This document shows, piece by piece, positions 39,561-54,153 of a stretch of DNA of 64,000 nucleotides. Both the position numbers and the translations under genes were made by a program. The stretch's first letter is position 1; each line of letters begins with the position of its first letter. The stretch comes from Octopus vulgaris (taxonomy: Eukaryota), in assembly GCA_951406725.2 (NCBI GenBank), contig OX597832.1, forward strand, positions 20,770,001 to 20,834,000, written 5' to 3'. The notes beneath the pieces are model-generated. The model searched no databases. It worked only from the letters and a program-made list of their open reading frames with translations, and was not told the origin of the DNA.

Positions 39561-40240
39561 TAGTAATGGTTGTGTTGTTGTTGTTGGTGGTGGTGGTAGG
39601 CGTTATTATTGTTACTAGTGTTCGTGTTCGTGTTGTTAGTGTCGTCTTTTGGTGTTCGTTATGATGTTGATGATAATTTTGCTGTAGGTTCCCGTTGTTG
39701 CTGTTGTTTTTATTGGTGCTGGAGATGGCGTTGGCGTGGTCGCTGATGAGGACATTGTTAATGTAGCTGGCTGTCATTTTCAAATCTGGTGATGATGATG
39801 ATGATGATGACAATGGTGACAATGATGATGATGATGACGATGATGATGATGATGATGACGACGAAGATGACGGCGATGCTGATGATGACGATGAGGAGGA
39901 GACGGAGATCATGATGGCGATGATGAAGGTGACGAGGAGGAGGAAGAAGTGGAGGAGGAGGAGGAGGAGGAAGGAGAAGAAGAGATGGAAGGGAAACAGG
40001 AAAAAGAGGATTTTGAAGAGGAAGTAGAGGAAGAGGAGAAAAAGAAAGAAGTAGAGGTTGGAGAGGAAGAAGAGAAAGAATGAGAAAAGAGAAAGATGAA
40101 GAAGGGGAGGTGGAAGAGGAAGTAGGTGAGGAGACGGTGAAAGAGATAGAGGAAGAAGTGGTGGTGAAAGAAGAGGACGTGGATGGGAGGAGGAGGATCC
40201 ATCGGTGGTTGTGGTGGTGATGATTGTAATGAAAACGATG

Positions 40241-40423
40241 AAAGAAGAAGAAGAAGAAGAAGAAGAAGAAGAAGAAGAAGAAGAAGAAGAAGAAGAAGAA
40301 GAAGAAGAAGAAGAAGAAGAAGAAGAAGAAGAAGAAGAACGACGACAGTGACGACGAAGTGGACGCAATGATGAAAGCGATGTCGACGTTGATGATAAAA
40401 TGTTTTGGATTATTGTCATTATT

Positions 40424-40454
<31 letters not shown>

Positions 40455-40512
40455 TTATTATTATTATTTTTATTTTCATTTTTATTATTTTTATTTTCAG
40501 TTTTATTATTAC

Positions 40513-40589
<77 letters not shown>

Positions 40590-40610
40590 TTATTACTATT
40601 ATTATTTTTA

Positions 40611-40659
<49 letters not shown>

Positions 40660-40710
40660 TACTATTATTTTTATTTTTATTATTATTATTATTTTTATTA
40701 TTATTATTAC

Positions 40711-40797
<87 letters not shown>
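40241..40797. repeat. (GAA)n tract (40241-40339) and long interrupted (TTA)n tract (~40410-40797)
   Basis: Direct reading. Confidence 0.95.
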
Positions 40798-40798
<1 letters not shown>

Positions 40799-42354
40799 CG
40801 GCTGAGCATAATAAATACGACAGCCGTAGTTTGATGGTGGTAACAACAATGAGTAGAAAGTTTATTATAATAAAGACACTGATTATATAACGACCGATAC
40901 GATGCTGTTTTTGCTTATCCCGAAATCAATACTGACACAGTAGACAAATGAACAAAGGTATTCCAGCCATGAACATCCCATCTGCTTTACATCTGCAGCT
41001 GACTGCAAACAACGTTATCCAATGCATAAAATTCGAAGTCGATAGATTGTAATTTGAGGATCATTTAGCTACTACATCTAGTACAACGAATGGCCGTATA
41101 GAATCTCTTTCTTTGGCTCTTGGTATTGCTGCTGTTATTGTAAAGGTTGTGGCGGTGGTGGTGGAGGCGGCGGCGGCGGCGGTGGTGGTGGTGCTGGTGC
41201 TGGTAGTGGAGGTGGTGGTGGTGAAGTTTGTATCTGGGGGTTAATGAGAAAATTGCTTCAGTTATTACTGATGTCATTGTTATAAGTGTACAGGATTTCA
41301 CCCAACGCAGTCACAATAGATATAAGGGGTATCACTCGTTTAATAAGTGCCGTTGTGCATTTATATATTTTCTTTTATGCAAAGGAACACAACTCAAGTC
41401 ATTCCTCTTGAGATTATCTTTCGAAAACACTGTATAAAACGCATAGTTTGTTACAAAATGTAAATGCGTACCTAAAACTAAACGGTGTTTTTTATATTTT
41501 GTTTTTTTCTCACTCATAGAGCTTTATGTATACCGTTTTTCAAATTCTACAACTCCATCGGCCACATCATCGCTAGCGGTGGCGGCAGCAGCAGCGACAG
41601 CGGCGTCTATGAGAGGAGCGGCTGCTGTGCAACCCCAGGATCAGCGTCAGCAGTGGCGACAGAAACCTAGGCAGCAAAGACACCAAAGGCGCAGCGGCGG
41701 CGACGCGCTCTACGGTGGAAGGATCCTCAGCAGCAGAATCCCTAATTCTAAAGGCACAAGTGACAGTAGTGACCACGTAGTCGATGACTAGAAGGGTGGT
41801 GTTAGCGTCAGTGAAACTGAAGCGATAGCGACAGCGGCACCAATGGAAACAGTTGCGCCCACCACGACGGTAAAAATGGCAGCCTGGACGACGTTGATAA
41901 CGGTGTCACAGACGACAATGAAGAAGCTAAGGAAAAACGCCAAGAACCACACCAACGAATAACAAGAAAATACGACTGGATAATTCTTGACAAATCCAAG
42001 GAAAAGCAGCAGCTGTCGTTATGTTGTAATTCGTTGTGTTTTTTTATTTTGTAATACTAGATTCGATTTGGATCATTGGTGACAAGGAAGATCTTGTTCA
42101 CTGTTTGTAGTCTCAATTAAACGTGGAATATATCATCCTTGAGATCCATCACTAATGTGAATATTCGCATTCGTTATCAGAGCAATGACAGCAAGTCATC
42201 TTATTAATGACATACTCAGTAGTATCAGGAATCTGGTTTCTGTCAAATTAATAATTTAAAACCATTGGTGCAGAGTTGTATGAGACTATAAAATCCAGTT
42301 CTAGAACAACGAAATGTTGTGAACAGGTTCAATTATGGATATATTTACCCAGAT

Positions 42355-42530
42355 ATTATCGTTTATCCTTTACTTGTTTCAATCACTGGACTATAGCCAT
42401 GATGGGCCATCACCGACTTGAAGGGTTTAGTCGGACAAATGGATCGTTTCAGTTTCGTTTCGTTTTGGTTTTGTTTTGAAATCTGTTACTTCTGAGGGTT
42501 ACTTCTGCCGAACACCTTTGTTACGGGGAG
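42355..42530 (-). mobile_element. Diverged 3' part of SINE family B
   Basis: tttacttgtttcaatcactggactatagccatg...ctgccgaacacc..gttacgggga is the reverse complement of the family B tail. Confidence 0.65.
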
Positions 42531-42565
42531 GCACATACACAAGGAAATGTATGCACATGTGTGTA

Positions 42566-42658
<93 letters not shown>

Positions 42659-42889
42659 AAATTTATAACTAAAATATATTTCTGGAAACGAATTACGATT
42701 TATAACATTGCTCCTGACTTTCATCTAGGTTTGTGCCTTAAGGTTTTCCCTTTACACGCCAGCTCAACTTAACTTGTCCCTACTAGTTCAAAGACAACTT
42801 TTGTTGTTCTTTCTGTTTGTATTTGCAATCGTGTAACATTTTCTCCGTTTTGTGGTGTTGTCTCACTTCCACGCTTGCTTTTTTCCAAA

Positions 42890-43072
42890 ATTTTAATGCG
42901 CTTAGCTTAGATTCTTGGGCCCTACCAATTTTGAAAAGTCTCAAGTACCACAGGCTGAAACTGTAATGATGATTGGAAGGTTGACTGATGAAGGTTTCCT
43001 GTCCGTCTTTGTCTCGCCTATCTGTCCGTATGCTTTTATTACCGTCCGCTACGTTCTTATTCCGTATTTTGG

Positions 43073-43075
<3 letters not shown>
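42890..43075 (+). mobile_element. Penelope-type terminal repeat fragment
   Basis: Similar to the reverse complement of 2605-2765; contains gactgatgaagg. Confidence 0.45.
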
Positions 43076-43108
<33 letters not shown>

Positions 43109-43114
<6 letters not shown>

Positions 43115-43293
43115 GTAAACATTTAAACACAAGAGAAAACTACCTTCAACAGGTAATTTTTACACGCTAGAAGAAGAGTGTCAAAGCGACCAAGACTACT
43201 TTGGTTGCTTTGATCGATTTGACTGCTTCTTCTAGCGTGTAAAAATTACCTGTTAAAGGTAGTTTTCTCTTGTCTTTAAATGTACACTATTTT
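43109..43293. repeat. 185-bp foldback: 68-bp arms with 4 mismatches plus an inner 13-bp stem
   Basis: Arms 43109-43176 and 43226-43293; inner tcaaagcgaccaa/ttggttgctttga. Confidence 0.95.
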
Positions 43294-43382
43294 AAATTAA
43301 GAATATGTTGTCTATTGACTTTTTATACATGCTAGGTGACTGTGGTGAAATTTTTATAAATATTCGCTACTCTATATATATA

Positions 43383-43575
43383 TAACGGGAAGCTTTATGA
43401 AAATAAACAAAAGACGAAGGCAGGTGGAGTACAAACAAACAATTGTATTAGTATGGCGCTCAGGAATATAAATAAAACAAGTCTTTTACGTTTCGAGCCT
43501 ACGCTCTTCAACAGAAAGATAAGAAACACGGAGAGAAACAAGGAGAGAAAAATGCGTGCAGAAGCTAGCGATTCA
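43383..43575 (-). mobile_element. Short repeat with hammerhead-like motif (same family as 14393 and 53046)
   Basis: Minus strand tctttctgttgaagagcgtaggctcgaaacgtaaaagac...ttgtttgtactccacctgccttcgtcttttg. Confidence 0.75.
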
Positions 43576-44358
43576 ACATATATATATATATAAACACATG
43601 CACACAGACAAAAGATATATACGTAGAGATACAGAAAGACAGACAGACGAGTATACCCCTCAGCAGACAATATAGACAAGAACCAACTAACAACAGACAA
43701 CACAAAGTTCTTATGCCGCATATTTTGGATAATTTGAGCGACTTAATCACACACTTTTGTGTTCTGAATACGAACGATGACAGACGACATATCAATGCAT
43801 CGTAAATAAATCGTAAATCGTAGTTAAAATCATTGTACACCATCGATTGTCGACCAGGAAATAAAGAATATTCGATCACAATAAAAAAAAAGGAAACACT
43901 TATAAAAGACTTAATTGGTTCTACCAAATCAAAGAAAACCAAAGTTTGAACGGAATAGCGATTACAAGGTTGAAAATTCAGTCTGTCGATCAGCCAAATT
44001 TAATACCGGACGTCCATTTGCTTCACGATACGACTCGCTTTCCATGTCTCTTTGATATGTCTGATCTGAGCAGAAAATGTTACTATCCCACTGCAAGACA
44101 GGACTTGATTTTATTCTATGAAATTAATAATGCAAATACTAATAATGATTATTACTATTGATATATTAATAGTAATAATAAAGATAATAAATTATTTTCA
44201 CACACACGTATATATAGATATACACACATGCATGTGTATAAAAAAATATATATATTTATATATAAAGTATATATATATATGCTTATATATATATATATGT
44301 ATACATACATATATATGTATATACAATTTTGCATGTATTTATATGTGGGTGGATATAA

Positions 44359-44404
<46 letters not shown>

Positions 44405-45443
44405 AAATATACATACATACAGGCACACACACATACATACATACATACAAGCATACACATCAATACGTATATAAGTACAGATCCGTGTGGACTCGCGTTA
44501 TTTTGTGTTTGTGATGTATATACATAAGATATATATATGTGTGTGTGTATGTGTATGTATATGTATATGTATATATGTATATGTATATATATGTATGTAT
44601 ATATATATGTATATATGTATGTATATATATATACATATGTATGTATATATAGGTATGTATATATATATATATGTATATATGTATATGAATATATATGTAT
44701 GTATATATCTATATCTATATATATCTATATATATTTACGTACATGTAAATATAAATATATATCTTATGTATATACATGGCTGTGTGTGTGTGTGTATATA
44801 GAAACCTGTGTGCATTGATTCGCATACGCACACATATACAGCAACGCATTTTATAATTACAGCAAAAAGAGCCTCGTATTTGCAAAGATTATAAAGTTAT
44901 AAAAGCATATTGTACAGAACTTATGTATATTCATAGAGTTTTGAACAAAAGGGGTTTTCTACGGATATCGATGGTGTTAGCAATGGAAAGCAGAAAAACT
45001 AAGAATTGATGACGATAGGGGTGGGCTAAGAGGAAGTGGGCGAAAGGGGTGGGTGCCAAGAAAGTAGCTTATGGCAGCTAAGAAGAAACGGTAATATGAC
45101 AAAAAGATAGAGAAGAGAACGAACACCTGTTTCCATTCTTCTCAACTCTTTGGAGATTACTTCCTTTATCAAAATTATTAAATCTCCATTAATCCGAAGT
45201 AACTTTTCTCGTCGAGGCGCTAATCCTTTCTAACAAAAGCGGCCTACACGAGTGAATGATGTCCATATGAACACACAAACGCCAGCACAAACACACACAC
45301 ATATATACACTTATACACACATATATTCACAAAAGCAGATGCACATACATATATAAATAGACTAGCACCTACGTACGCACAGATATATACGCATATAGAC
45401 ATACATACCACTCATATATATACGCATGTATATATATCTGATG

Positions 45444-45496
<53 letters not shown>

Positions 45497-45912
45497 GATG
45501 TGTATATATATATATATGCCATATATATACTCATGTATATATATTATGTATATATGTGTGTGTGTGTGTGCCGACAAAGAAATATATTAGTTTGTAGATA
45601 GACAAAGAAATATATACAACTACGTATACATTGTATTATATGTATCTATGTATGCGTGTATGTATATATATATAAATGCATGGATGTATGCATATATATG
45701 TTTACATATAATCATATACATACATGAATATATGTACCCACACACATACGCACACCTGCCCGCACACACACGCTCATATATATATATACCCCCACACACA
45801 CATATATGTATATATATGTGGGTGCGTGTGAGTATGTATGTTTCTTTCTATATATATATCAAGGTGCAAAAGTGTATGGCGTCATATATTATTATACATG
45901 TATATATATATT

Positions 45913-45954
<42 letters not shown>

Positions 45955-46037
45955 ATATATATATGTGTGTGTGTGTGTATATATATACATGAATATATAT
46001 GCCTGAATATATTTATGAGATATACATATATGTTATA

Positions 46038-46093
<56 letters not shown>

Positions 46094-46614
46094 CATACTT
46101 AAGGGTGACGTACATAACAGTATCTAAATCTTTATATATACATCCTCTCGTTATTATTTGCATTATTCCTTTGAAGGAGCTGTGTTTATGAAAGAAATAA
46201 TGCACTTGTGCATGTATATATGTATGTGTGTGTGAGTGTGCACGTGTGTACGTAGCAAAGAATTACTTAAACATTTTCTCAAACATACAATGACGGACAG
46301 GGTTTTTAGTTACTCCTAGCGCTAAGCGGATGACAAAGGAGTCTATTGAATGCGAAACTTTCCAGAGTACAATTGCTCTAAAAAGAGCGACAGATAAATG
46401 ATGTCCAAACTAAACAGTAAAATAAATCGCAGTCGTTTAAATACATTTAAATACATTCCTATACTTCTCTTTTTGTCTTTTTTATGAATTCCAGTACCTG
46501 TAGAGGTACAAATTAAGGATTTTTTTTGTGAGAATGTGTAAGACAAAACTTGCGTAATAATCTTTTTGTATATCATTTATGAAACATAAAATTTGCTACA
46601 TTTATATATATACA

Positions 46615-46778
46615 GGCGCAGGAGTGGCTGTGTGATAAGTAGCTTGTTTACCAACCACATGTCTCCGGGTTCAGTCCCACTGCGTGGCACCTTGGGCAAG
46701 TGTCTTCTACTATAGCCTCTGGCCGACCAAATCCTTGTGAGTGGATTTGGTAGACAAAACTGAAAGAAGCCCGTCGTA

Positions 46779-46839
<61 letters not shown>

Positions 46840-47049
46840 TTGTGTGTCTGTGTTTGTCCCCCTAGCATTGCTTGACAACCGATGCTGGTGTGTTTATGTC
46901 CCCGTTACTTAGCGGCTCGGCAAAAGAGACCGATAGAATAAGTACTGGGCTTGCAAAAGAATAAGTCCCTGGGTCGAGTTGCTCGATTAAAGGCGGTGTT
47001 CCAGCATGGCAACAGTCAAATGACTGAAGCAAGTAAAAGAGTAAAGAGT
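46615..47049 (+). mobile_element. tRNA-derived SINE family B, full length
   Basis: ggcgcaggagtggctgtgtgataag, gggttcagtcccactgcgtggcaccttgggcaagtgtc, internal (AT)n(GT)n, tail gactgaagcaagtaaaagagtaaagagt. Confidence 0.92.
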
Positions 47050-47847
47050 AGGAGTATACATATATATTACTTAAAACTGTTTCTTTCGGTCCCGTGCTAC
47101 TACTGGTTTCGCAGGCACTTAACGGGAGCCCATTTACTTCCAGCTTTGGATAGTCGGTAATCAACATCTAGAACGATTCGGACTCACGTCAGGGGGCCTA
47201 CGGAACTTATAGTAGCTCGGAACTGATTCAGGCTATTTTAAATTATACATGTAACTCCTGCTAAATGTTTGAATGCCGTTTTCTTTTGTTTGTCCACTCA
47301 CACACATACACACACATATCGAATGGATATTCGGTAACTTGTGGTGGTCAAGTCAAGCAGTTTTGAAGAGATGCTCAAGTCGGTTATATCAACCACAGTA
47401 ATTTACTCGTAATTTATTCCGACGAACCGTATGGTAGGAAAACCAAATTTGACTTCAGCACGATTTGGCGCCAGAATGTAAAAAGCTGAAATATATGCAA
47501 TATTTTATCTGACATATTAGCAATTGTTGTTACTCTTCCTTTTCTCTGTAATAATACATCATATTATTTATTAATCCCGATGTGGACATGAGGCAGAATT
47601 TTGAAACCATTAGAATTTTTTGCATTATTTTTTCCGACCCATTACGTTCCGAGTTGAAATCCCGCAGAGGATAATTTCTTTCATTCTTTCGAATTTGACA
47701 GTATGAATCACCAGTTATACACTGGGGTCAATGCTATTGTCCAACCCACTTCTATCAAAATTGCTGATCTCATATTTTAATTACAAACAGTTACTTAAAG
47801 ATCCACAACGTTCCTAATTTCTGGAACGTGATTACGTCGATCTTCAT

Positions 47848-47990
47848 ACTTTGCCTTTCATCTTTTCGGGGCTCGGGGTCGATAAATTAAGTACCAGTTA
47901 CGCACTGGGGCTGATATAATCGACCTAGTACGTTTGTCTGTCCTTGTTTGTCCCCTCTGTGTTTAGCCCTTTGTGGGTAGTAAAGAAATA
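47848..47990 (+). mobile_element. 5'-truncated SINE family A with tail1 (older diverged copies lie at ~47340-47790)
   Basis: actttgcctttcatcttttcgggg...ttagccctttgtgggtagtaaagaaata. Confidence 0.85.
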
Positions 47991-48541
47991 TATAATAAGA
48001 TAAGCGCATTCCATTTAGAATTCGAAATCAGAATACCGAACTTAAATATAAAAGGATCGTTGAATAACTTTACGTTCGAGTTTTTTTTTTATATTAATTT
48101 CTGACATTTTGGGCACCCGAGCAATAGCCAAATTAATAGTAACTGTTTTAATAACAATAACGATAATGATAATAATTAATTTAATTTATATTAAACTTCA
48201 ACAAGTGACATGAAAAATATGATTAATGTCTCCAATATATAAAAATAACATGTATAGAATTAAAAATAAAAGAAAAATACGTAGGAATTAATATTTCGTA
48301 CTTAATTATTTTGTTTCTTAACATATGTATTTTTTAACACTTGTCAAAATTCTGGTTCCACTAAATGAATTCTTGTGTCATTTTATTTAATTACGTATTT
48401 ATTTTTACAAAATTAAAATTTGCAATTTTTTAATTTTTGTCTCAATTTTTGACAAATGAAATATATTTCCAATCTGCTCGTTAGCTTCGATCTATTTTAT
48501 TTTTCAATCTGGTTTGAGATTGATATTTCTCGTTTGACAAA

Positions 48542-49078
<537 letters not shown>

Positions 49079-49606
49079 ATTAATAAATAATACAACAAAG
49101 TAGCTATATCTTTCAAAATAATATCTAAAATTTGAAATAAACAGCAAAAGATCATTCCAGCAAAGTAAAAATATTAAAAATAAAATTACGAAGAGATTAA
49201 AAGCAAATGAAGTGACTTAAAGTTATAAAGAGAGAAAAGTTGATAGGAAGAGAGAGAAAGATGGAAGAGGTAGAGGAATAAGAAGAGATGAAGAAGGAGA
49301 GCTAGAGAAAGTGAGTCAGAGAAAGAGAGAGGGTGATATGAGAGAGGAAATTTAGTCGCTATGTTAAAAACTGAAATTTAAGATTAGTTATCTGCGATTT
49401 CTATGAACATAATCGATAATAGATAAAAAAATAATAATAAAATCAATAAAAACACATAATTGAAATAACAAAAAGAAAGACAATGGTCTTTCGATAATAA
49501 TAATGATGATGATGATGATGATGAGATGATGATGAGGATGATGAGGATGATGATGATGACGATTTCTAATCTTTTCTACCATAGGCACAAGTCCTGAATG
49601 ATAAAA

Positions 49607-49690
<84 letters not shown>

Positions 49691-49961
49691 GTAATAATAA
49701 TAATAATGATAATAATAATGATAATAATAATAATTTAAATGATAATAATAATGATGATGATGATGAAGAGAAGAAGATGAAGCAGAAGAAGATGATGATG
49801 AAGAAAAAGAAGAAGAAGAAGAAGAAGAAGAAGAAGAAGAAGAAGAAGGAGAAAAAGAAGAAGAAGAAGAAGAAGAAGAAGAAGAAGAAGAAGAAGAAGA
49901 AGAAGAAGAAGAAGAAGAAGAAGAAGAAGAAGAAGAAGAACAAGAAGAAGAAGAAGAAGAA
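49607..49961. repeat. (TAA)n-(TGA)n-(GAA)n compound microsatellite
   Basis: Direct reading. Confidence 0.95.
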
Positions 49962-50472
49962 TTGGCGGTAATGATAATTGAGAGAAATAAAAACAAATAC
50001 AAAACTAAATTTTGAAAAAAAATTTGGAAGCGCCGTGTTTTATTCCTTTTTCATATTTTCTTAATTTTGCTGCGAAAATCCATAAAAGGCAATTAATTCA
50101 ACTTATTTTCAAAATTTAAAATCTTTACTTTTCTTTCTTCATCTATTCTACAGATTTCTTCGACAAATTTCGTTGCCGTTGATCTTATTCTATAATTCTT
50201 TTATTAATTCATTGTTTTGTTTTGGTTTTTGTTGTCTTTATTTAAGTGGGTGGGCGTCTTACATACTGACAATATTCGCGCTTCTTCAGATTTTTTTTTC
50301 CGCACGGCTTGCTTATGTATTATCTCCCTTAGTGTCGCTCTCCATCTGGTTCAATGTCACCACATATTTCAAATTTCCAAACACGCCCAAAACACACACA
50401 ACAATTTTCCTTCATTCTCTCTTCTTCTCACTTCTCTTCTTTTTCACACTTTATATAATACCACTTCCTTAC

Positions 50473-50528
<56 letters not shown>

Positions 50529-50816
50529 CGTGTCTTTTCTTTCTCTCAATGTCACTCTCGCTTTCTCTTCCAAATTTTTTTTCTCCGTCTCTATCGCAAT
50601 GTGTGTGTATTGATTATTCTGATGACCATTCCGTCCTTCTAATCTTTTGAAATAACTCAGCTCGTGCGCGCAAGTGCACGCACGCGCGTACACTAGCACA
50701 GGCATGCTTGCACACATCTCTTCACTACACCCACATGCTCAAACATTCAAATACCAATACAATCATATACACACGCACCGGAACTCTAACACACTCTCTG
50801 TATACATATATATGTG

Positions 50817-50849
<33 letters not shown>

Positions 50850-50886
50850 TTATAACTTTATATATACATATATATGTGTTTAATTA

Positions 50887-50923
<37 letters not shown>

Positions 50924-51070
50924 CGTGTGTGTGTGTGCGCGTGTGTGTGTGTGTGCGCGTGTGTGTATATGTGTGTGTTCGATAAGGCTGCATCGGTGAA
51001 ACTTCGAAGGAAATTTCAACCATTTGTTTATAAAAATGTAACTTATATACACCCATACACATATATACGC

Positions 51071-51116
<46 letters not shown>

Positions 51117-51126
51117 TATGTATATA

Positions 51127-51195
<69 letters not shown>

Positions 51196-52217
51196 ATGTA
51201 TGCATATATATATCCACGTATATATATATGTGTGTGTACATGTACATATGTGTGTACATCCTTTATACATTTGCACTGCTCATACATCATCTAACATTAC
51301 ATTATTTGTCGCCTTCTCTCTCCTCTCTTTTCCCCTCTTTCTCTCTCTCGCTCTCTCTCGCTCTCTCTGTCTCTATCTCCTTTCTTCATCTATCGCCCAT
51401 AAACATACAAGTTCTCCTCGTATATTTGTGCAACTCGTAAATAATCTATCTCAAACCGAATCATAAAAGATCATTGTTTTCTACTATATCAATATCTTTG
51501 ACACCAACTCTGTACGCTTTCTCTCATATGTTTCATTAATTTACATATTTTCTTCTTATTCCCGCTTACTCTCTCTTTTCTTTCATTCTCTCTATCTATC
51601 TAACTTTCTCATTGTCTCTCTATCTCTTTTTCTCACTCTCAAGTACGCACGCACACATGCACGCATTGATACATGCTAACCACTCATCTGTCCACTTTAT
51701 CAATCTCGCTTTCTATCTCATCTAGTTTTCGATATCGCTTTGTTATTGCCCTCTCGTTGCGTCCAGTAACAATTTTCTTCTCCGCTATTATAATTCTCTG
51801 TCATTTAATTCACCCACGCTTATCTCCCTTATATTCTTTTCTTCTTTTTCGGCTATATATTTTTCCATTCGTTTTCTAAGTACTGCAGGCAAACACTAAC
51901 ACACGCATGAACACGTACACACACAAACACTCACACAGATGCACACACACAATAAGCACACATGCACTCACACATATATATGCTCATATATGAACGTATG
52001 TATATATGTGTGTGTGTGTGTGCGCGTGTTTGTCCATACATATATATATATGTGTATGTATATATATATAAATATTTATATATAAACAAACAGAGACAGA
52101 CAGGCATAAGGACAGACAGACTGATAAAAATATAGATAGATTGATAGATAGGAAGGTAGGGAGGTTGGTAGGAAGGTACATAGGTACGTAGATAGACAAT
52201 TAGATAGATAGGTAGAC

Positions 52218-52316
<99 letters not shown>

Positions 52317-52599
52317 GGACAGAAGGGAAATTAGAGAGAGTCAAAAATACATCCACATATCTTCTCAGTTCAGTTCAGCAAAAGGATGAAAAAATCAAAC
52401 AAGCATACGATATAATACAGGCTATTTGTACCGCGCGGAGTGGGGTCATTCGACGATATGTAATATTAAAACACTTAATCAAGCATGGTCAAAATTAAAT
52501 GCCAATCGTATGTGTGAGATACTCTTCGCTAAAAATGTTCTCAAGAGTTTCAAATCACTCCAAGAGTTAGCCCCCTGTTATTCTGATAAAGTGAAGGTA

Positions 52600-52850
52600 T
52601 TTGGCTGAATGCTTAGGGTATTTGACTCATGAGTTCGATTCTCAACGATACGTTGTGTTTTTGAACAAGATACTTTATTTGACGTTGCTGTGCTTCACTC
52701 GGCTGGCAAAAATGAGGAGTATCTGTATTTCAAACGGCCAGCCTTGTCCAACTCTGTTGAATCTCCCTGAGAACTACATAAATGGTACGCGTGTCTGTGG
52801 AGTGCTCAGCTAAGTCCACGAGTAGGCTGTTCCGTTGATCGGATTCCGAT
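52600..52850 (+). mobile_element. Diverged SINE with C-type tail
   Basis: gagttcgattc B-box, ttgaacaagatactttatttgacgttgct core, gtgtctgtggagtgctcagc...ggctgttccgttgatcggat tail. Confidence 0.7.
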
Positions 52851-53045
52851 AAAATATATGAACTTATAATTAGTTACTAAAAATTATGTAAACTTCACTC
52901 CTTTTAATTTTTATGATTCTTATATAAAACAGCATTAAGAATAATTCTGAGTAACCGTTATTGAATAATATTATAAAATGCATTATATGCTTTTATTCAG
53001 CTGACCTTACATATGAATACACACACACACACACACACACACACA

Positions 53046-53192
53046 TTCTCTCCTTTTTTCTCTCCTTGTTTCTCTCCTTGTTTATTTCTATGTACACGTA
53101 GGCTCGAAACACTTTTCTACACTATACTAATACATTTGTTTGTTTGTACTCCACCTGCCTTCGTCTTTTGTTTATTTTCTAAACTTTCCTTC
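53046..53192 (+). mobile_element. Third copy of the short hammerhead-like repeat (core partly lost)
   Basis: cgtaggctcgaaac...atactaatacatttgtttgtttgtactccacctgccttcgtcttttg. Confidence 0.7.
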
Positions 53193-53241
53193 ATATATAT
53201 ATATGTATATATATATACATATGTATATATATATACATCTA

Positions 53242-53293
<52 letters not shown>

Positions 53294-54027
53294 GTATACA
53301 TATGGCAAATGAATGACAGAAGATGGAACATACGAGAATTTATTATTGATCATGACAATTGCTTCGGCACATCTACCATCGATCCCTCATGGATGGGACA
53401 CTCAACATCTGGTTCAGGGGCATCCAGTAATGCTGATGCAAATCTTCGGATGATAAATAAATACAACTCGTTAAAATAAGAGTTCCGCAATCTAAGTTTC
53501 CGTTTCGTAGAGTGAATATGTGCCAGACGGAGGAAATATCTTCATTTATATAAAAGGACAAAAATAAAATCACATATAACATAAAGAGAAACGAACACGC
53601 AGTCCGATGTTCAATTTATAACGAAAGATCCAGAGGAGGAGTTACAAAGTTATAAGCGTCCAAGGAATTCGTAATCACACTTGCGTGGGAATTAAATCCG
53701 AGGACTGCTGAGACGTGTTTTGGAGGACATAAGAATGATGGAAAATGGAGACACACAAGATGTCGTTTAAATCTTTATACAAATGATTATATACAACATA
53801 TATACACACATACATACATATATATATCAGATATTGATTGATTTTCGTTACTTCTTCCCCTCTGCTTGTGTGGTTTGTTTTCAAGTATTTTGGTTTTTCT
53901 GGGAGTCACTTTTTAAAGTAGAAGAAATAGCTAACGTTTTTTGGCAGCTATTTCTAAACTTCGGTATGTGGTAAAGCAAATCTTTCCTGAACCCTAATTA
54001 TTAAGTATATACATATATATATATACG

Positions 54028-54153
54028 CCGGGTGTCTTTCAGTTTCCGTCTACCAAATCCACTTAGAAGGCTTTGGTCGGCCCGAGGCTATAGTAGAAGA
54101 TAGTTGCCCAAGGTGCCACGCAGTGGGACTGAACTCAGAACCACTCCTACGCC
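54028..54153 (-). mobile_element. SINE family B 5' part (a 3' half lies on + at ~54490-54715)
   Basis: ctttcagtttccgtctaccaaatccact...gcccaaggtgccacgcagtgggactgaac. Confidence 0.85.

Noticed and set aside
39064-40809. 581-aa minus-strand ORF (longest in the window)
   Set aside because: Concatenated poly-I/poly-S/poly-P from triplet repeats; no credible start or domain
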